This document shows positions 28,333 to 37,600 of a stretch of 64,000 bases of DNA, piece by piece (the stretch's first letter is position 1; each line of letters starts with the position of its first letter). Source of the DNA: Kiritimatiellia bacterium (GTDB lineage: Bacteria > Verrucomicrobiota > Kiritimatiellia > JAAZAB01); assembly GCA_040767085.1 (NCBI GenBank), contig JAXGPF010000008.1, positions 214,482 through 278,481 of the forward strand, read 5' to 3'. Below the pieces are notes generated by a model, which had not been told where the DNA came from, made no database searches, and was given only the letters and a program-made list of their open reading frames with translations. The position numbers and the translations under genes are program-made.

Positions 28333-29163
28333 TCAATGGCGGGCGGCGTAGCGCAGATCCCGGGGGGCGAATCCGAAATGGCGGTGGAAGACCTTGGAAA
28401 AGTAATTGCCGTCATGGTAGCCCACGGCGTGGGCCGCTTCCTTGATCGAATGCTTTCCCGATTGCAGCAGCAGCTTGGCTTGCTGCATGCGCCGGTTGGT
28501 CAGGTACTCCAGCAGCGAAAAATCGTTTTCCCGGCTGAAGAGATGCGAAAGGTAAAACGGGCTGATGCGCAGATGCCGCGCGATTTGCTCCAGCGAGATT
28601 TCCTCGGCGTAATGCGCGTCCAGATAGGCCCGCGCCTGCAGCATCAGGGTGCGGGAAGGATTTTGGCGCCCGGCCGGCGTCGGGCGGCCACCCGCGCTCC
28701 TGCGGGTCAGGAGCGCGTGCAGGACGGTGAATAAAATCGTCAGCAAATGCGCGCTGGCCAGCAGGCGGTCGGCGTCGGCGCCGGCGGCCAGACGGTCGCG
28801 CAACTGGTCGCAGAGCGCGGCGACGGCGCGCCGGGCGGCGGGCGTCACGGCCCGGCAGGCATCGAGCGGGAGCCGCTGGAAATACTCGCGGTCATGCTGC
28901 CAGCGGAAAAACACCATAAACACTTTCATGCCTTGCGCCAGGTCGAATTCATCGCGGTGGCGGGTGCCGGCCGGGATCAGCACGAAGCCGCCGGGCATGG
29001 TGGTGAAACTGCGCCGGCGGTAAAAAACCGTGCGCACCCAACCATCCATGACCAGCAGCAATTCGCAGTGGATGGACGGGTGATTGTTGACGGCCCAGTA
29101 CGGCCCGAAAATCCTGTCGCCCATGGAGATGATATCAGGCAGGGCAGTGAAAGCAGTGTTCAT
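28333..29163 (-). CDS. AraC-family transcriptional regulator
   Basis: N-terminal cupin, C-terminal SPFYLSHLF...VGYHDGNYFSKVF HTH. Confidence 0.92.
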   Translation of the reverse strand: MNTAFTALPDIISMGDRIFGPYWAVNNHPSIHCELLLVMDGWVRTVFYRRRSFTTMPGGFVLIPAGTRHRDEFDLAQGMKVFMVFFRWQHDREYFQRLPLDACRAVTPAARRAVAALCDQLRDRLAAGADADRLLASAHLLTILFTVLHALLTRRSAGGRPTPAGRQNPSRTLMLQARAYLDAHYAEEISLEQIARHLRISPFYLSHLFSRENDFSLLEYLTNRRMQQAKLLLQSGKHSIKEAAHAVGYHDGNYFSKVFHRHFGFAPRDLRYAARH

Positions 29164-30185
29164 TGGAGCATGCGGTGCGCGTTTTTGACGGATTCCAGGT
29201 AGTTCGCAATGCCGTCGGCAATGCCCTGCGCCAGTTTGTCGCGGTAATCCTTGCGGATGATTTTTTGCTCTTCCGCGGGATTGGAAATGAAACCGCACTC
29301 GACGAGCGCGGCGGGACAGGGCACGTTGCGGGTGACATAAAAACGCGAGCGCCGGACACCGCGGTCGGCGGCGCCGGAAACCTGGATCAACCGGCGCTGC
29401 AAAGCGTAGCCCAGATACATGTTGGCCAGGTCGTACCGGTTGCCCGCATAGGCCAGGCGGTCGCGGGCTTCCACCTTGCTCTGGGCGGTGACCGGGCAGC
29501 CGGCGGGGGGCAGAATATGCGTTTCGATGCCGGCGGCTTCGCGGGATCCAGCGGCGTTCATGTGGATGCTGACAAACAAATCCGTATCCCAGCGCTCCGC
29601 CATCCGGCAGCGTTCGTCCAGCGACAGGTAGCGGTCGCCTTCACGGGTCAGACGGACCTGCACCCCCTGTCGGCGCAGGATATCGCGGACCTTGCGCGCC
29701 AGGTAGAGCGTGACGCGTTTTTCCTCGACCTGGCGGCGGGAAATAGCGCCTTTGTCGTTGCCACCGTGCCCGGCGTCCAGCACGATCACCCGGCGCCCGG
29801 CCGCTATCAGGCCGCGATGCGGGAAGATCAGCGGCAGCAGGGTTTTTTCCGCGTCCCGCGCGGAGACGGCCCATTCCCCCCTATAGCGGGTGACCGGCTG
29901 ATTAAGCCAGATGACAATGCCGTTGTAGGTGGCGCGCCGGCTGTCGCCCTCCAGCCCCAGGGAGTGAAAGCGGCAGGCCAGGTGGACGGTTTTGCCGCGG
30001 ATTTGCAAGTCCTTGAAACCGTGCGCGCGCGCGAACTTGCGCAGCGGAATCCAGGCCGCCGGCGCGGCGGCGGCGGGACTGCCGGCCAGGCATAAGCCCG
30101 CCAGGATGATGGCGGCCAGGCAGGGGCTGGTACAATATCGCGTAAGTTTCAAAACAGTTGCGCCATGCCTTTCCGGATAAGCCAA
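29160..30185 (-). CDS. N-acetylmuramoyl-L-alanine amidase (Amidase_3), start uncertain
   Basis: LDAGHGG, EEK, FVSIHMNA, LVECGFISN. Confidence 0.92.
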   Translation of the reverse strand: MAYPERHGATVLKLTRYCTSPCLAAIILAGLCLAGSPAAAAPAAWIPLRKFARAHGFKDLQIRGKTVHLACRFHSLGLEGDSRRATYNGIVIWLNQPVTRYRGEWAVSARDAEKTLLPLIFPHRGLIAAGRRVIVLDAGHGGNDKGAISRRQVEEKRVTLYLARKVRDILRRQGVQVRLTREGDRYLSLDERCRMAERWDTDLFVSIHMNAAGSREAAGIETHILPPAGCPVTAQSKVEARDRLAYAGNRYDLANMYLGYALQRRLIQVSGAADRGVRRSRFYVTRNVPCPAALVECGFISNPAEEQKIIRKDYRDKLAQGIADGIANYLESVKNAHRMLQ

Positions 30186-30223
30186 TTCCGCAATCCGCGG
30201 GTGTTGAATTCCGCGTCAGCGGA

Positions 30224-30252
30224 TTGACACTAATATTCGGATAGTATAAACT
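30224..30252 (+). promoter_or_regulatory. Putative sigma70 promoter of the TPR gene
   Basis: TTGACA-17 nt-TAAACT; AAGGAG RBS before ATG 30284. Confidence 0.55.
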
Positions 30253-30283
30253 ATGCGGTTAAGAAAAAAAAGGAGTTTTTATC

Positions 30284-31672
30284 ATGGCAGAAATCAGCGA
30301 TGTCAATATACCCAAGCGGGCGCGCGAATTGTTTGTCAAGGGCCAAACGGCGATGGAACGCAATAACCTGGTGTACGCCATTGAAATGTTCTTTGCCGCC
30401 GTGCAGATCGAACCGCGTTTTTTGAATGCCCGCAATCATTTGCGCGCTGCCGAGATCAAACAGTTTAACGACCGCGGCGGCGGCCCGGTCCGGCATGCCA
30501 TGGCCTTGCTGGCCGGTCTCCCGCAACTGGCTGTCGCTACTCTGCGTTTGCAGATGAAGCAGGGCGAGCAAGCCTTGCAGGCGGCGGAAAACTTGATGCG
30601 GCTGGACCCCCTGCACCCGGTTTTCCTGCGCACGCTGGAACGGGCGGCGGTGGCCGCGGGCAGGCCCGAAGTGGCCATCCAGACGCTGACGGCGGCCCGC
30701 GAATATGCGCCGGAAGATGTAGGTTTGATCGTGCGATTGGGCCGGTTGCTGGCGGAAAACAATCAACTGGCCGATGCCAAGGAATGCATGGAAAAAGCCG
30801 CCGCCATGCTGCCGAACGACGCGCGGGTCATCAACGCCCTGAAAGATGTCATGGCGCGCGAAACCATGGCCAAGGGCGGATGGAATGCCGCGCGGGATGG
30901 CGGATCCTACCGGGACGTTATCAAGGACACGCGCGAAGCCGCCATTCTGGAGCAGGGTTCCCGCGCCGTACAGGATGCTCAGAGCTTGGAATTGCTGCTG
31001 CAGGATATGCTGGAAAAGGTCAAGCACAATCCCGACAATGTCAATTTCCGGCGCCAATTGGCCACCTTGTATGTCAAGAGCAGCCGGTTTGACGATGCCA
31101 TCCGGACGTTGGAAGAGGCCCGCCGCGGCAGCGCCGGAGATCCCCAGATTGACCAGGCCCTGGCGCAGGTGCGCCTGCAGCAGTTTGATTACGAAATTGC
31201 GCAAGCCCGGGAAAACGGCGACAAGGACGGCGTGGCCGCGCGCCAGGCCGCGCGGGCGGACTTCCTCTTCAAGGATGTCAAGTCGCGGGTGGAGCGTTAT
31301 CCCAATGATTGGGCATTGCGGTTCGAGTTCGGCAACCTGTTGCTCGAAGGCGGACAGTTGAACGAGGCCATTCAGCAGTTTCAGCTCGCGCAGCGCAATC
31401 CCCAGTTCCGCCTTCGCGCCCTGTTTAATATGGCGCTGTGCTTCAAGCAGAAAGGCCAGTTGGACCTGGCCAGCGAACAGTTTGAAAAAGTTGCGGCGGA
31501 GTTGACGGAGATGGACGAGTTCAAGAAGGATGTTTACTACCAGATGGGCGAAATCCTGGAACAGCAGGGGAAAAAGCAGGAAGCGGTGCAGCGCTTTTAC
31601 AAGGAAATCTACCAGGCTGACATATCTTACCGCGACATCTCCGCCAAAATGGAACAGGCCCCCGCCGGCTGA
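30284..31672 (+). CDS. Tetratricopeptide-repeat protein
   Basis: Helical TPR-like repeats; C-terminal YKEIYQADISYRD. Confidence 0.8.
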   Translation: MAEISDVNIPKRARELFVKGQTAMERNNLVYAIEMFFAAVQIEPRFLNARNHLRAAEIKQFNDRGGGPVRHAMALLAGLPQLAVATLRLQMKQGEQALQAAENLMRLDPLHPVFLRTLERAAVAAGRPEVAIQTLTAAREYAPEDVGLIVRLGRLLAENNQLADAKECMEKAAAMLPNDARVINALKDVMARETMAKGGWNAARDGGSYRDVIKDTREAAILEQGSRAVQDAQSLELLLQDMLEKVKHNPDNVNFRRQLATLYVKSSRFDDAIRTLEEARRGSAGDPQIDQALAQVRLQQFDYEIAQARENGDKDGVAARQAARADFLFKDVKSRVERYPNDWALRFEFGNLLLEGGQLNEAIQQFQLAQRNPQFRLRALFNMALCFKQKGQLDLASEQFEKVAAELTEMDEFKKDVYYQMGEILEQQGKKQEAVQRFYKEIYQADISYRDISAKMEQAPAG

Positions 31673-31779
31673 TATTCCCGCCAATGCGCCGGTCTGCCGC
31701 CGCCGATCCGCCGCGGGGCGGCTTTGTTCGCGGGCTTGCAGGGCATCCCCGGCGGACGGCGGCAACGAGAAAGCGCTCA

Positions 31780-32685
31780 ATGCTGAACCATCTGAACAAA
31801 CCGGCGCTGGGATTGGTCGCGCTGATCGCCGGCGTGGCTTTGTTCAGCACGGTGGAAGTTTTATCCAAGCTGATCGGCGCGCGGGTATCGCCCGGGCTGC
31901 TCGTTTTCCTGCGTTTTTTCATCACCGGCCTGGTCCTGCTGGCGCTGGTGGGGCGGGATTTGCCGCGCCGCCTGGCGGCCTTGGGGCGCCGGGATTACGC
32001 CTTGTTTGCCTTCAACGGCTTTGTCAGCATTGCGCTGGCGATTTCGCTCTTTCACCTGGCCTTGCTGGTGTTTGAAAAGGCGGCTTCCTGCGCGGTGGTC
32101 TTCAGCGCCAATCCCATTTTTGTCATGCTGCTGGCCCGTTTTATCAACCGCGAACCGCTGAGCTGGCCCAAGGCGGCCGCCGTCCTGAGCGGCGCGGTTG
32201 GCGTGGCGTTTTTCGCCTGGGAATCGGGTGCTTTCACCCTGCAGTCGCTGCAGGCGCTGGGATTGATTGCCGTCTCCGCCCTGCTGTTTTCGGCCGGCAT
32301 CTGCATTTCCCGCCGGGTCATCCACCGCTACGGCGTGTTCATTCTCATGGGGTTCACGACGTTGTTTGGCAGCCTGATGGTGCTGCCCTGGGCGGTGTGG
32401 AGCTTGTGGCGTACCGGGCCGGCGGGATTGCTTTCCGCCTGGCCGCTGGTGCTGGCGCTGGTATTGCCCGGCACCACGCTGGCCTATGGCCTGTATTATT
32501 ACGGGCTGCACCATTGCACGGCGTTTCAGGCCTCCATGCCGTTTTTCCTGAAACCCGTGCTGGCTTCGCTGCTGGCGATGGTCTGGCTGGGCGAGGAACT
32601 GAACCTGTTCATGGTGCTCGGCAGCCTCTGCATCCTCTCCGGCCTGGTGATTACCGTGGTCTTCGGCCGGCGCTCCGGCGCTTGA
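31780..32685 (+). CDS. DMT/EamA-family transporter
   Basis: ~10 TM segments in two repeats; LRFFI, NPIFV..LA, KPVLASLLA..WLGE. Confidence 0.88.
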   Translation: MLNHLNKPALGLVALIAGVALFSTVEVLSKLIGARVSPGLLVFLRFFITGLVLLALVGRDLPRRLAALGRRDYALFAFNGFVSIALAISLFHLALLVFEKAASCAVVFSANPIFVMLLARFINREPLSWPKAAAVLSGAVGVAFFAWESGAFTLQSLQALGLIAVSALLFSAGICISRRVIHRYGVFILMGFTTLFGSLMVLPWAVWSLWRTGPAGLLSAWPLVLALVLPGTTLAYGLYYYGLHHCTAFQASMPFFLKPVLASLLAMVWLGEELNLFMVLGSLCILSGLVITVVFGRRSGA

Positions 32686-33045
32686 TCCGTGTGCGTCCGG
32701 AAAGTTTTAGCCAAAACCCGCGCAAAATTCGGCCTGCAATAATCGCTGGCTAAACTCCTGTGCAATCTGAACTGGGGGCCTGTCTGTTTTCTCAAGGCAA
32801 GCTCAGGCATGCTGTCGGGGGCCGCCTGAAAAGAGCGGTTGGACTGCCGGATACCGGCTCGAAACAATATAAAATCCCGTCACCGATTCAGGTGCAACGA
32901 TAAGCCGTTGGGCATGGCGCCGCCGTTTTAATCGCGGGAATTGCCAATAATCTGCTTGCAAACAACCGCGATTAATCGCAGAATTCCCCGCTTGCTTACA
33001 GGCGCATGCGGGCGGCTTGCGCCCGCATTTTGGGGAGGAAGTGCG

Positions 33046-34962
33046 ATGAAACCCGAGGTTTTGGAACGCTGGACGCTGGATAAGGCGGTGGAGCTTTACG
33101 GGGTCAAGAACTGGGGCACCGGTTATTTTGACATTTCAGAAAACGGCGAAATGATCGTGCGGCCGGACGGGCCGGCTGGCCGGGTCAGCATCAACATGAT
33201 GGAGCTGATCGCCGGCCTCAAGGCGCGGGGGCTGAACATGCCGGTGCTGCTGCGGTTTGCGGACATCCTTTCGGCCCGCATCAAGCAGTTGTACGACGCT
33301 TTCGATACGGCGATCCGCGATTACAAATACGGCGGCATTTACCGCGGGGTATATCCCATCAAGGTTAACCAGCAGAAACAGGTGGTGGCGGAAATTGTGG
33401 AATTCGGCAGTCCCTACCATCATGGTTTGGAAGCCGGCAGCAAGGCGGAACTGATGGCGGCGCTGGCCTACATCGAAGATCCCGAGGCGTTGATTGTCTG
33501 CAACGGCTACAAGGACGAGGAGTTCATCGATCTCGCCTTGTATGCCAAGAAAATGGGGCTGCAATCCATCCTGGTGATTGATTCTTACGGCGAGTTGGAA
33601 TTGATCCTGGAGCGCGCGCAGCGCATGGGTGTGCGGCCCAGCCTGGGTGTACGGGTGAAATTGTCCAGCCGCGCCGGCGGTCATTGGGATGGTTCGGGCG
33701 GGGATCGGAGCATGTTCGGCTTGAATACGGCGCAGTTGATCGAGTTGATTGACAACCTGCGCGCGCGCGGCATGCTGGATTGCCTGCGGATGCTGCATTC
33801 GCATCTCGGCTCGCAGGTTTCCAATATCCGCAATATCCGCGCCGCGCTGCGCGAGGCCTGCCGGGTTTACACCGAAATGGCGCGCGAAGGCGCCGCCATG
33901 GGCATCATCAATATCGGGGGCGGTCTGGCGGTGGATTATGACGGGTCCCACACCAACTTTGCCAGCAGCCGCAATTACACCGAGCAGGAATACGCGGCGG
34001 ATGTGGTGGAAGCCGTCATGAGCGCCTGCGATGAAGCCGAATTGACGCATCCGATGATCGTCAGCGAATCCGGGCGGGCCATCGTGGCGCACCATTCCGT
34101 GCTGGTGTTTAACGTGCTCAACGTCAGCAAGTTCGAGCCGCCGCCGGTGGCCGACCGGCTGCCGGAAGACAGCCATGAAACCCTGGGCAACCTCATGGAG
34201 GTGCGCAACGCCATTTCCACCAAAAATCTCCAGGAATGCTATCACGACGCGGTTTACTACCGCGATGAAATCCGCTCGCTTTTCCACCATGGCAACCTGA
34301 CCCTGCGCGAGCGGGCGCTGGCGGAAAACATTTTCTGGGAAATTGTCTGCCGGATCGCCTCGGAGAACAAGGACCGGAAATATGTGCCGGAGGAATTGCA
34401 GGGGCTGGAAGCGGCGATTGCCGATTCGTATTACTGCAATTTCAGCGTGTTTCAATCGCTGCCGGACTCCTGGGCCATCGATCAACTCTTTCCCATCATG
34501 CCCATTCACCGTTTGAACGAAATGCCCGCCCGGCATGGCACCATTTCCGACATCACCTGCGATTCCGACGGCAAGATAGACCGGTTCATTGACCTGCATG
34601 ATGTCAAGTCCACCCTGCCGCTCCATGAATTGCGGCCCGACGAGGAATATTACCTGGGAGCCTTTCTCGTCGGCGCCTACCAGGAAACGCTGGGCGATTT
34701 GCACAACCTGCTGGGCGACACGAATGTGCTGCATGTCCGCGCCGGGCCGGACGGCACGATTGAATACACCAACGAAATCGCGGGCGATACGGTGGCGGAT
34801 GTGCTCTCCTTCGTGGAATACGACCCCCGGGAAATGGTCAACCGCGTGCGCCGCATGGCGGAGCAGGCGGTCCGTCACGGCCGGATTACCGCGGAAGAGC
34901 GGCGCGAAATCATGCTGGCCTACGAGGCGGGCATGCGCGGCTACACGTATTTTGAAAAATAA
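33046..34962 (+). CDS. speA: Biosynthetic arginine decarboxylase
   Basis: VYPIKVNQ, GLEAGSK, HLGSQ, GGGLAVDYDG, DITCDSDG, GAYQE. Confidence 0.97.
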   Translation: MKPEVLERWTLDKAVELYGVKNWGTGYFDISENGEMIVRPDGPAGRVSINMMELIAGLKARGLNMPVLLRFADILSARIKQLYDAFDTAIRDYKYGGIYRGVYPIKVNQQKQVVAEIVEFGSPYHHGLEAGSKAELMAALAYIEDPEALIVCNGYKDEEFIDLALYAKKMGLQSILVIDSYGELELILERAQRMGVRPSLGVRVKLSSRAGGHWDGSGGDRSMFGLNTAQLIELIDNLRARGMLDCLRMLHSHLGSQVSNIRNIRAALREACRVYTEMAREGAAMGIINIGGGLAVDYDGSHTNFASSRNYTEQEYAADVVEAVMSACDEAELTHPMIVSESGRAIVAHHSVLVFNVLNVSKFEPPPVADRLPEDSHETLGNLMEVRNAISTKNLQECYHDAVYYRDEIRSLFHHGNLTLRERALAENIFWEIVCRIASENKDRKYVPEELQGLEAAIADSYYCNFSVFQSLPDSWAIDQLFPIMPIHRLNEMPARHGTISDITCDSDGKIDRFIDLHDVKSTLPLHELRPDEEYYLGAFLVGAYQETLGDLHNLLGDTNVLHVRAGPDGTIEYTNEIAGDTVADVLSFVEYDPREMVNRVRRMAEQAVRHGRITAEERREIMLAYEAGMRGYTYFEK

Positions 34963-34993
34963 CGCCCGCCGGCCAGCGGGGCTGGACTCAGCC

Positions 34994-35881
34994 ATGTTTT
35001 CAGGACATTTTCTCGAAAATGGCGTGGACTACGCGCAGGCGGCGGATGCGCCCTACGCCGTTTTGCCCGTGCCTTACGAGCGGTCGGTCAGTTTCGGCCG
35101 CGGCACAGGCGCGGCGCCGGCCGCCATCCTCTCCGCCAGCGCCCAATTGGAGCTGTTTGACGAGGAATTGCGGGTGGCGCCGGCCTTGGCGGTGCGCACG
35201 CTGCCGGCGCCGGATTGCCGGTCCGGCAATGCCGCGCAAATCCTGGCGCGCATCGGGGCCGCCGCGGCGCCGGAATTGGAAGCCGGCCGGTTCCTGCTGG
35301 CGATAGGCGGCGAGCATTCGATTACAGCCCCCCTGGTGGCGGCGGCCGCCCGGGCGCATCCCGGGTTGTCGGTGCTCCACCTGGATGCCCACTTGGATTT
35401 GCGCGGCCAGTACCATGGCGATCCGCTGTCGCATGCCTGCGTCATGCGCCGCGTCATGGATTTGCATGTGCCCATCGTGCATGCCGGCATCCGCAGCCTC
35501 TGCGAGGAAGAATATAAGCTTGTCAATCGCCGGCATTTGCCGGTATTCTGGTGGCATGACCTGGCGCTGGCCGGCGGCGACGCCTGGATGGACGCCTTGC
35601 TGGATCGTCTGGCCGACCCGGTTTATATCTCGCTGGATGTGGATGTGCTTGAGCCGGGTCTGATGCCCGGCACGGGTACGCCGGAGCCGGGCGGGCTGAC
35701 ATGGCTGGCGCTGACGCGCCTGCTGCGCCGGGTGTGCCGGCGGCGCAGCGTGGTGGCGGCGGATCTCGTGGAAACCGCCCCGGTGCCGGGCCAGCAGGTA
35801 TCTGAATACACCGCTGCCCGCCTGGCGGCAAAGTTGCTGGCGTATCACAAGTGCGAGGGGCGGAAGCTCCGGCCGGCTTGA
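34994..35881 (+). CDS. speB: Agmatinase (ureohydrolase)
   Basis: GGEHSIT, DAHLDLR, DVDVLEP..PGTGTPEPGG; follows speA. Confidence 0.9.
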   Translation: MFSGHFLENGVDYAQAADAPYAVLPVPYERSVSFGRGTGAAPAAILSASAQLELFDEELRVAPALAVRTLPAPDCRSGNAAQILARIGAAAAPELEAGRFLLAIGGEHSITAPLVAAAARAHPGLSVLHLDAHLDLRGQYHGDPLSHACVMRRVMDLHVPIVHAGIRSLCEEEYKLVNRRHLPVFWWHDLALAGGDAWMDALLDRLADPVYISLDVDVLEPGLMPGTGTPEPGGLTWLALTRLLRRVCRRRSVVAADLVETAPVPGQQVSEYTAARLAAKLLAYHKCEGRKLRPA

Positions 35882-35917
35882 GTTATAACGCCCGCCTGCG
35901 GATTTTGGATTGAAATT

Positions 35918-37600
35918 ATGGCGGCATGTAAAAAGCCAGTTCGCAGATGCTTGGCCGGCGCCGCCCTGTGCAGCCTGGCGTTGTTGGCCGGGTGCGCCCC
36001 GGTGCTGCGCGAAGACCGGGGTTTGCGCGTGCTGGGCGATTATGCCCCGGGTTCGGATACCCGGGAGGTGGTGATCACCACCCGCGACCCGGCGCGGATT
36101 ACGGAAATCGCCCGCGGCGATGAAGAATGGGATGTGCGCCGGGCCGCCGTACGCAAACTTGCCGACCAGATCACCCTCTTTTCCATTGCGCGGTCCGATC
36201 CGGTCACCGAGGTGCGCGTGGCCGCCGTGGAGCAGTTGACGGATGCGCGCGCTTTGCGGATGGTGGCGATGGATAACACCGATCCGCTGGCCCGCTTGGC
36301 GGCGGTGGAAAAAACAGATAACCAGGCGGTCCTGGCGGAAATCGCGGCCGCCAATACCGACCGCATGGTCCGGCGCGCCGCGATCGAGCGCATCCACATC
36401 GAGGAGCTCTTGCGCGACGCCGCTCTGCGCAATGACGATGCCTTCATCCGGGCCGCAGCGGCGGCGCGCCTGAACCGCCAGGACTACCTGCTGCAGGTGT
36501 TCCGCGAAAGCGACGATCCGTTGATGCGGCGCACGGCTTTGCGCGGCATCAAAGACCAGCGTCTGCTGGCAGAAGTTGCGGCCAATCCCGGCGACCGGGA
36601 TGTGCGCAAGATGGCCGTGGAACTGATTTCCGACCAGGCGGTCCTGGGCGGCATTGCGGCCCGCGAGACGGACGATGTCATCCGCTGCCTGGCAGTGCGC
36701 AAATTGACCGACCAACGCGCGTTGTTGCGCCTGGCGCGGTCGGATCGCGCGCCGATGGTGCGCGAAGCGGCGGTGGAGCGCATTACCGATCAGGCCGCCC
36801 TGGCCCAGTTGGTGCGGCAGGATACCGAGCCGCGCGTGCGGCGGGCCGCCGTCGCCCGCCTCCAGGGCCATACGCTGGAGCGCGTCGCGCTGCAGGATGC
36901 CGATCCGGAAGTGCGCCGGCTGGCCGTCAGCCAGATCGATCCGCTGGCGGACGCCGGCGCGTTGGGGCAGGCCGCCACCCGGGATGCCGATCCCGCGGTG
37001 CGGCAAGCGGCGGTGGAAAAGCTGAAAGACCAGCCCTTGCTGGCCGGGATTGCCCGGTCGGATACCGAGCCCGCCGTGCGCCAGGCGGCGCTGCGGCGGA
37101 TCACCGATCAGGCAGTGGTGGAAGCCGCCGCGCTCCGCGATCCGGACCCCGCGGTGCGCGCCGCGGCCGTGGAGCGCCTGGTTGATCAACGGGTGCTGCA
37201 GACCGTGGCCCAGCAGGATGTGCATCGCGATGTGCGCGTGCTGGCGGCGGGGCGGATCACCGACCAGTCTCTGCTGGCGGCCTTGTCGCGCTCCGATAAT
37301 CAACATGTCCGTCTGTCGGCCGTTTCCCGCTTGAACGATCAGGCGGTGCTGGCGGATATCGCCCGCAACGATCCGCTGGCGGATGTCCGGCGCGCAGCCG
37401 TAATGCGGACGCACAATCCGGAGGTCGTGGCCGAGGCGGCCGCATCGGATACGGACGCCATGGTGCGCGAAGCGGCCTTGCGCCTGCTGACGGACCAGGC
37501 GCTGCTGGCGCGCATTCGCGATCACGATCCCATCCGGGAGGTGCGGGCCGCCGCTGCCCTGCGCCTGCAGGAATTGAAGGACAGCGGTGTCGAACAATGA
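35918..37600 (+). CDS. HEAT-like repeat lipoprotein
   Basis: LLAGC lipobox; many ~24-aa D.D..VR.AAV..LTDQ..L repeats. Confidence 0.8.
   Translation: MAACKKPVRRCLAGAALCSLALLAGCAPVLREDRGLRVLGDYAPGSDTREVVITTRDPARITEIARGDEEWDVRRAAVRKLADQITLFSIARSDPVTEVRVAAVEQLTDARALRMVAMDNTDPLARLAAVEKTDNQAVLAEIAAANTDRMVRRAAIERIHIEELLRDAALRNDDAFIRAAAAARLNRQDYLLQVFRESDDPLMRRTALRGIKDQRLLAEVAANPGDRDVRKMAVELISDQAVLGGIAARETDDVIRCLAVRKLTDQRALLRLARSDRAPMVREAAVERITDQAALAQLVRQDTEPRVRRAAVARLQGHTLERVALQDADPEVRRLAVSQIDPLADAGALGQAATRDADPAVRQAAVEKLKDQPLLAGIARSDTEPAVRQAALRRITDQAVVEAAALRDPDPAVRAAAVERLVDQRVLQTVAQQDVHRDVRVLAAGRITDQSLLAALSRSDNQHVRLSAVSRLNDQAVLADIARNDPLADVRRAAVMRTHNPEVVAEAAASDTDAMVREAALRLLTDQALLARIRDHDPIREVRAAAALRLQELKDSGVEQ

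Noticed and set aside
30251..31780. 509-aa minus-strand ORF
   Set aside because: Antisense to the TPR gene, which has a promoter and RBS
33136..37597. 619-aa and 865-aa minus-strand ORFs
   Set aside because: Antisense shadows of speA, speB and the repeat lipoprotein
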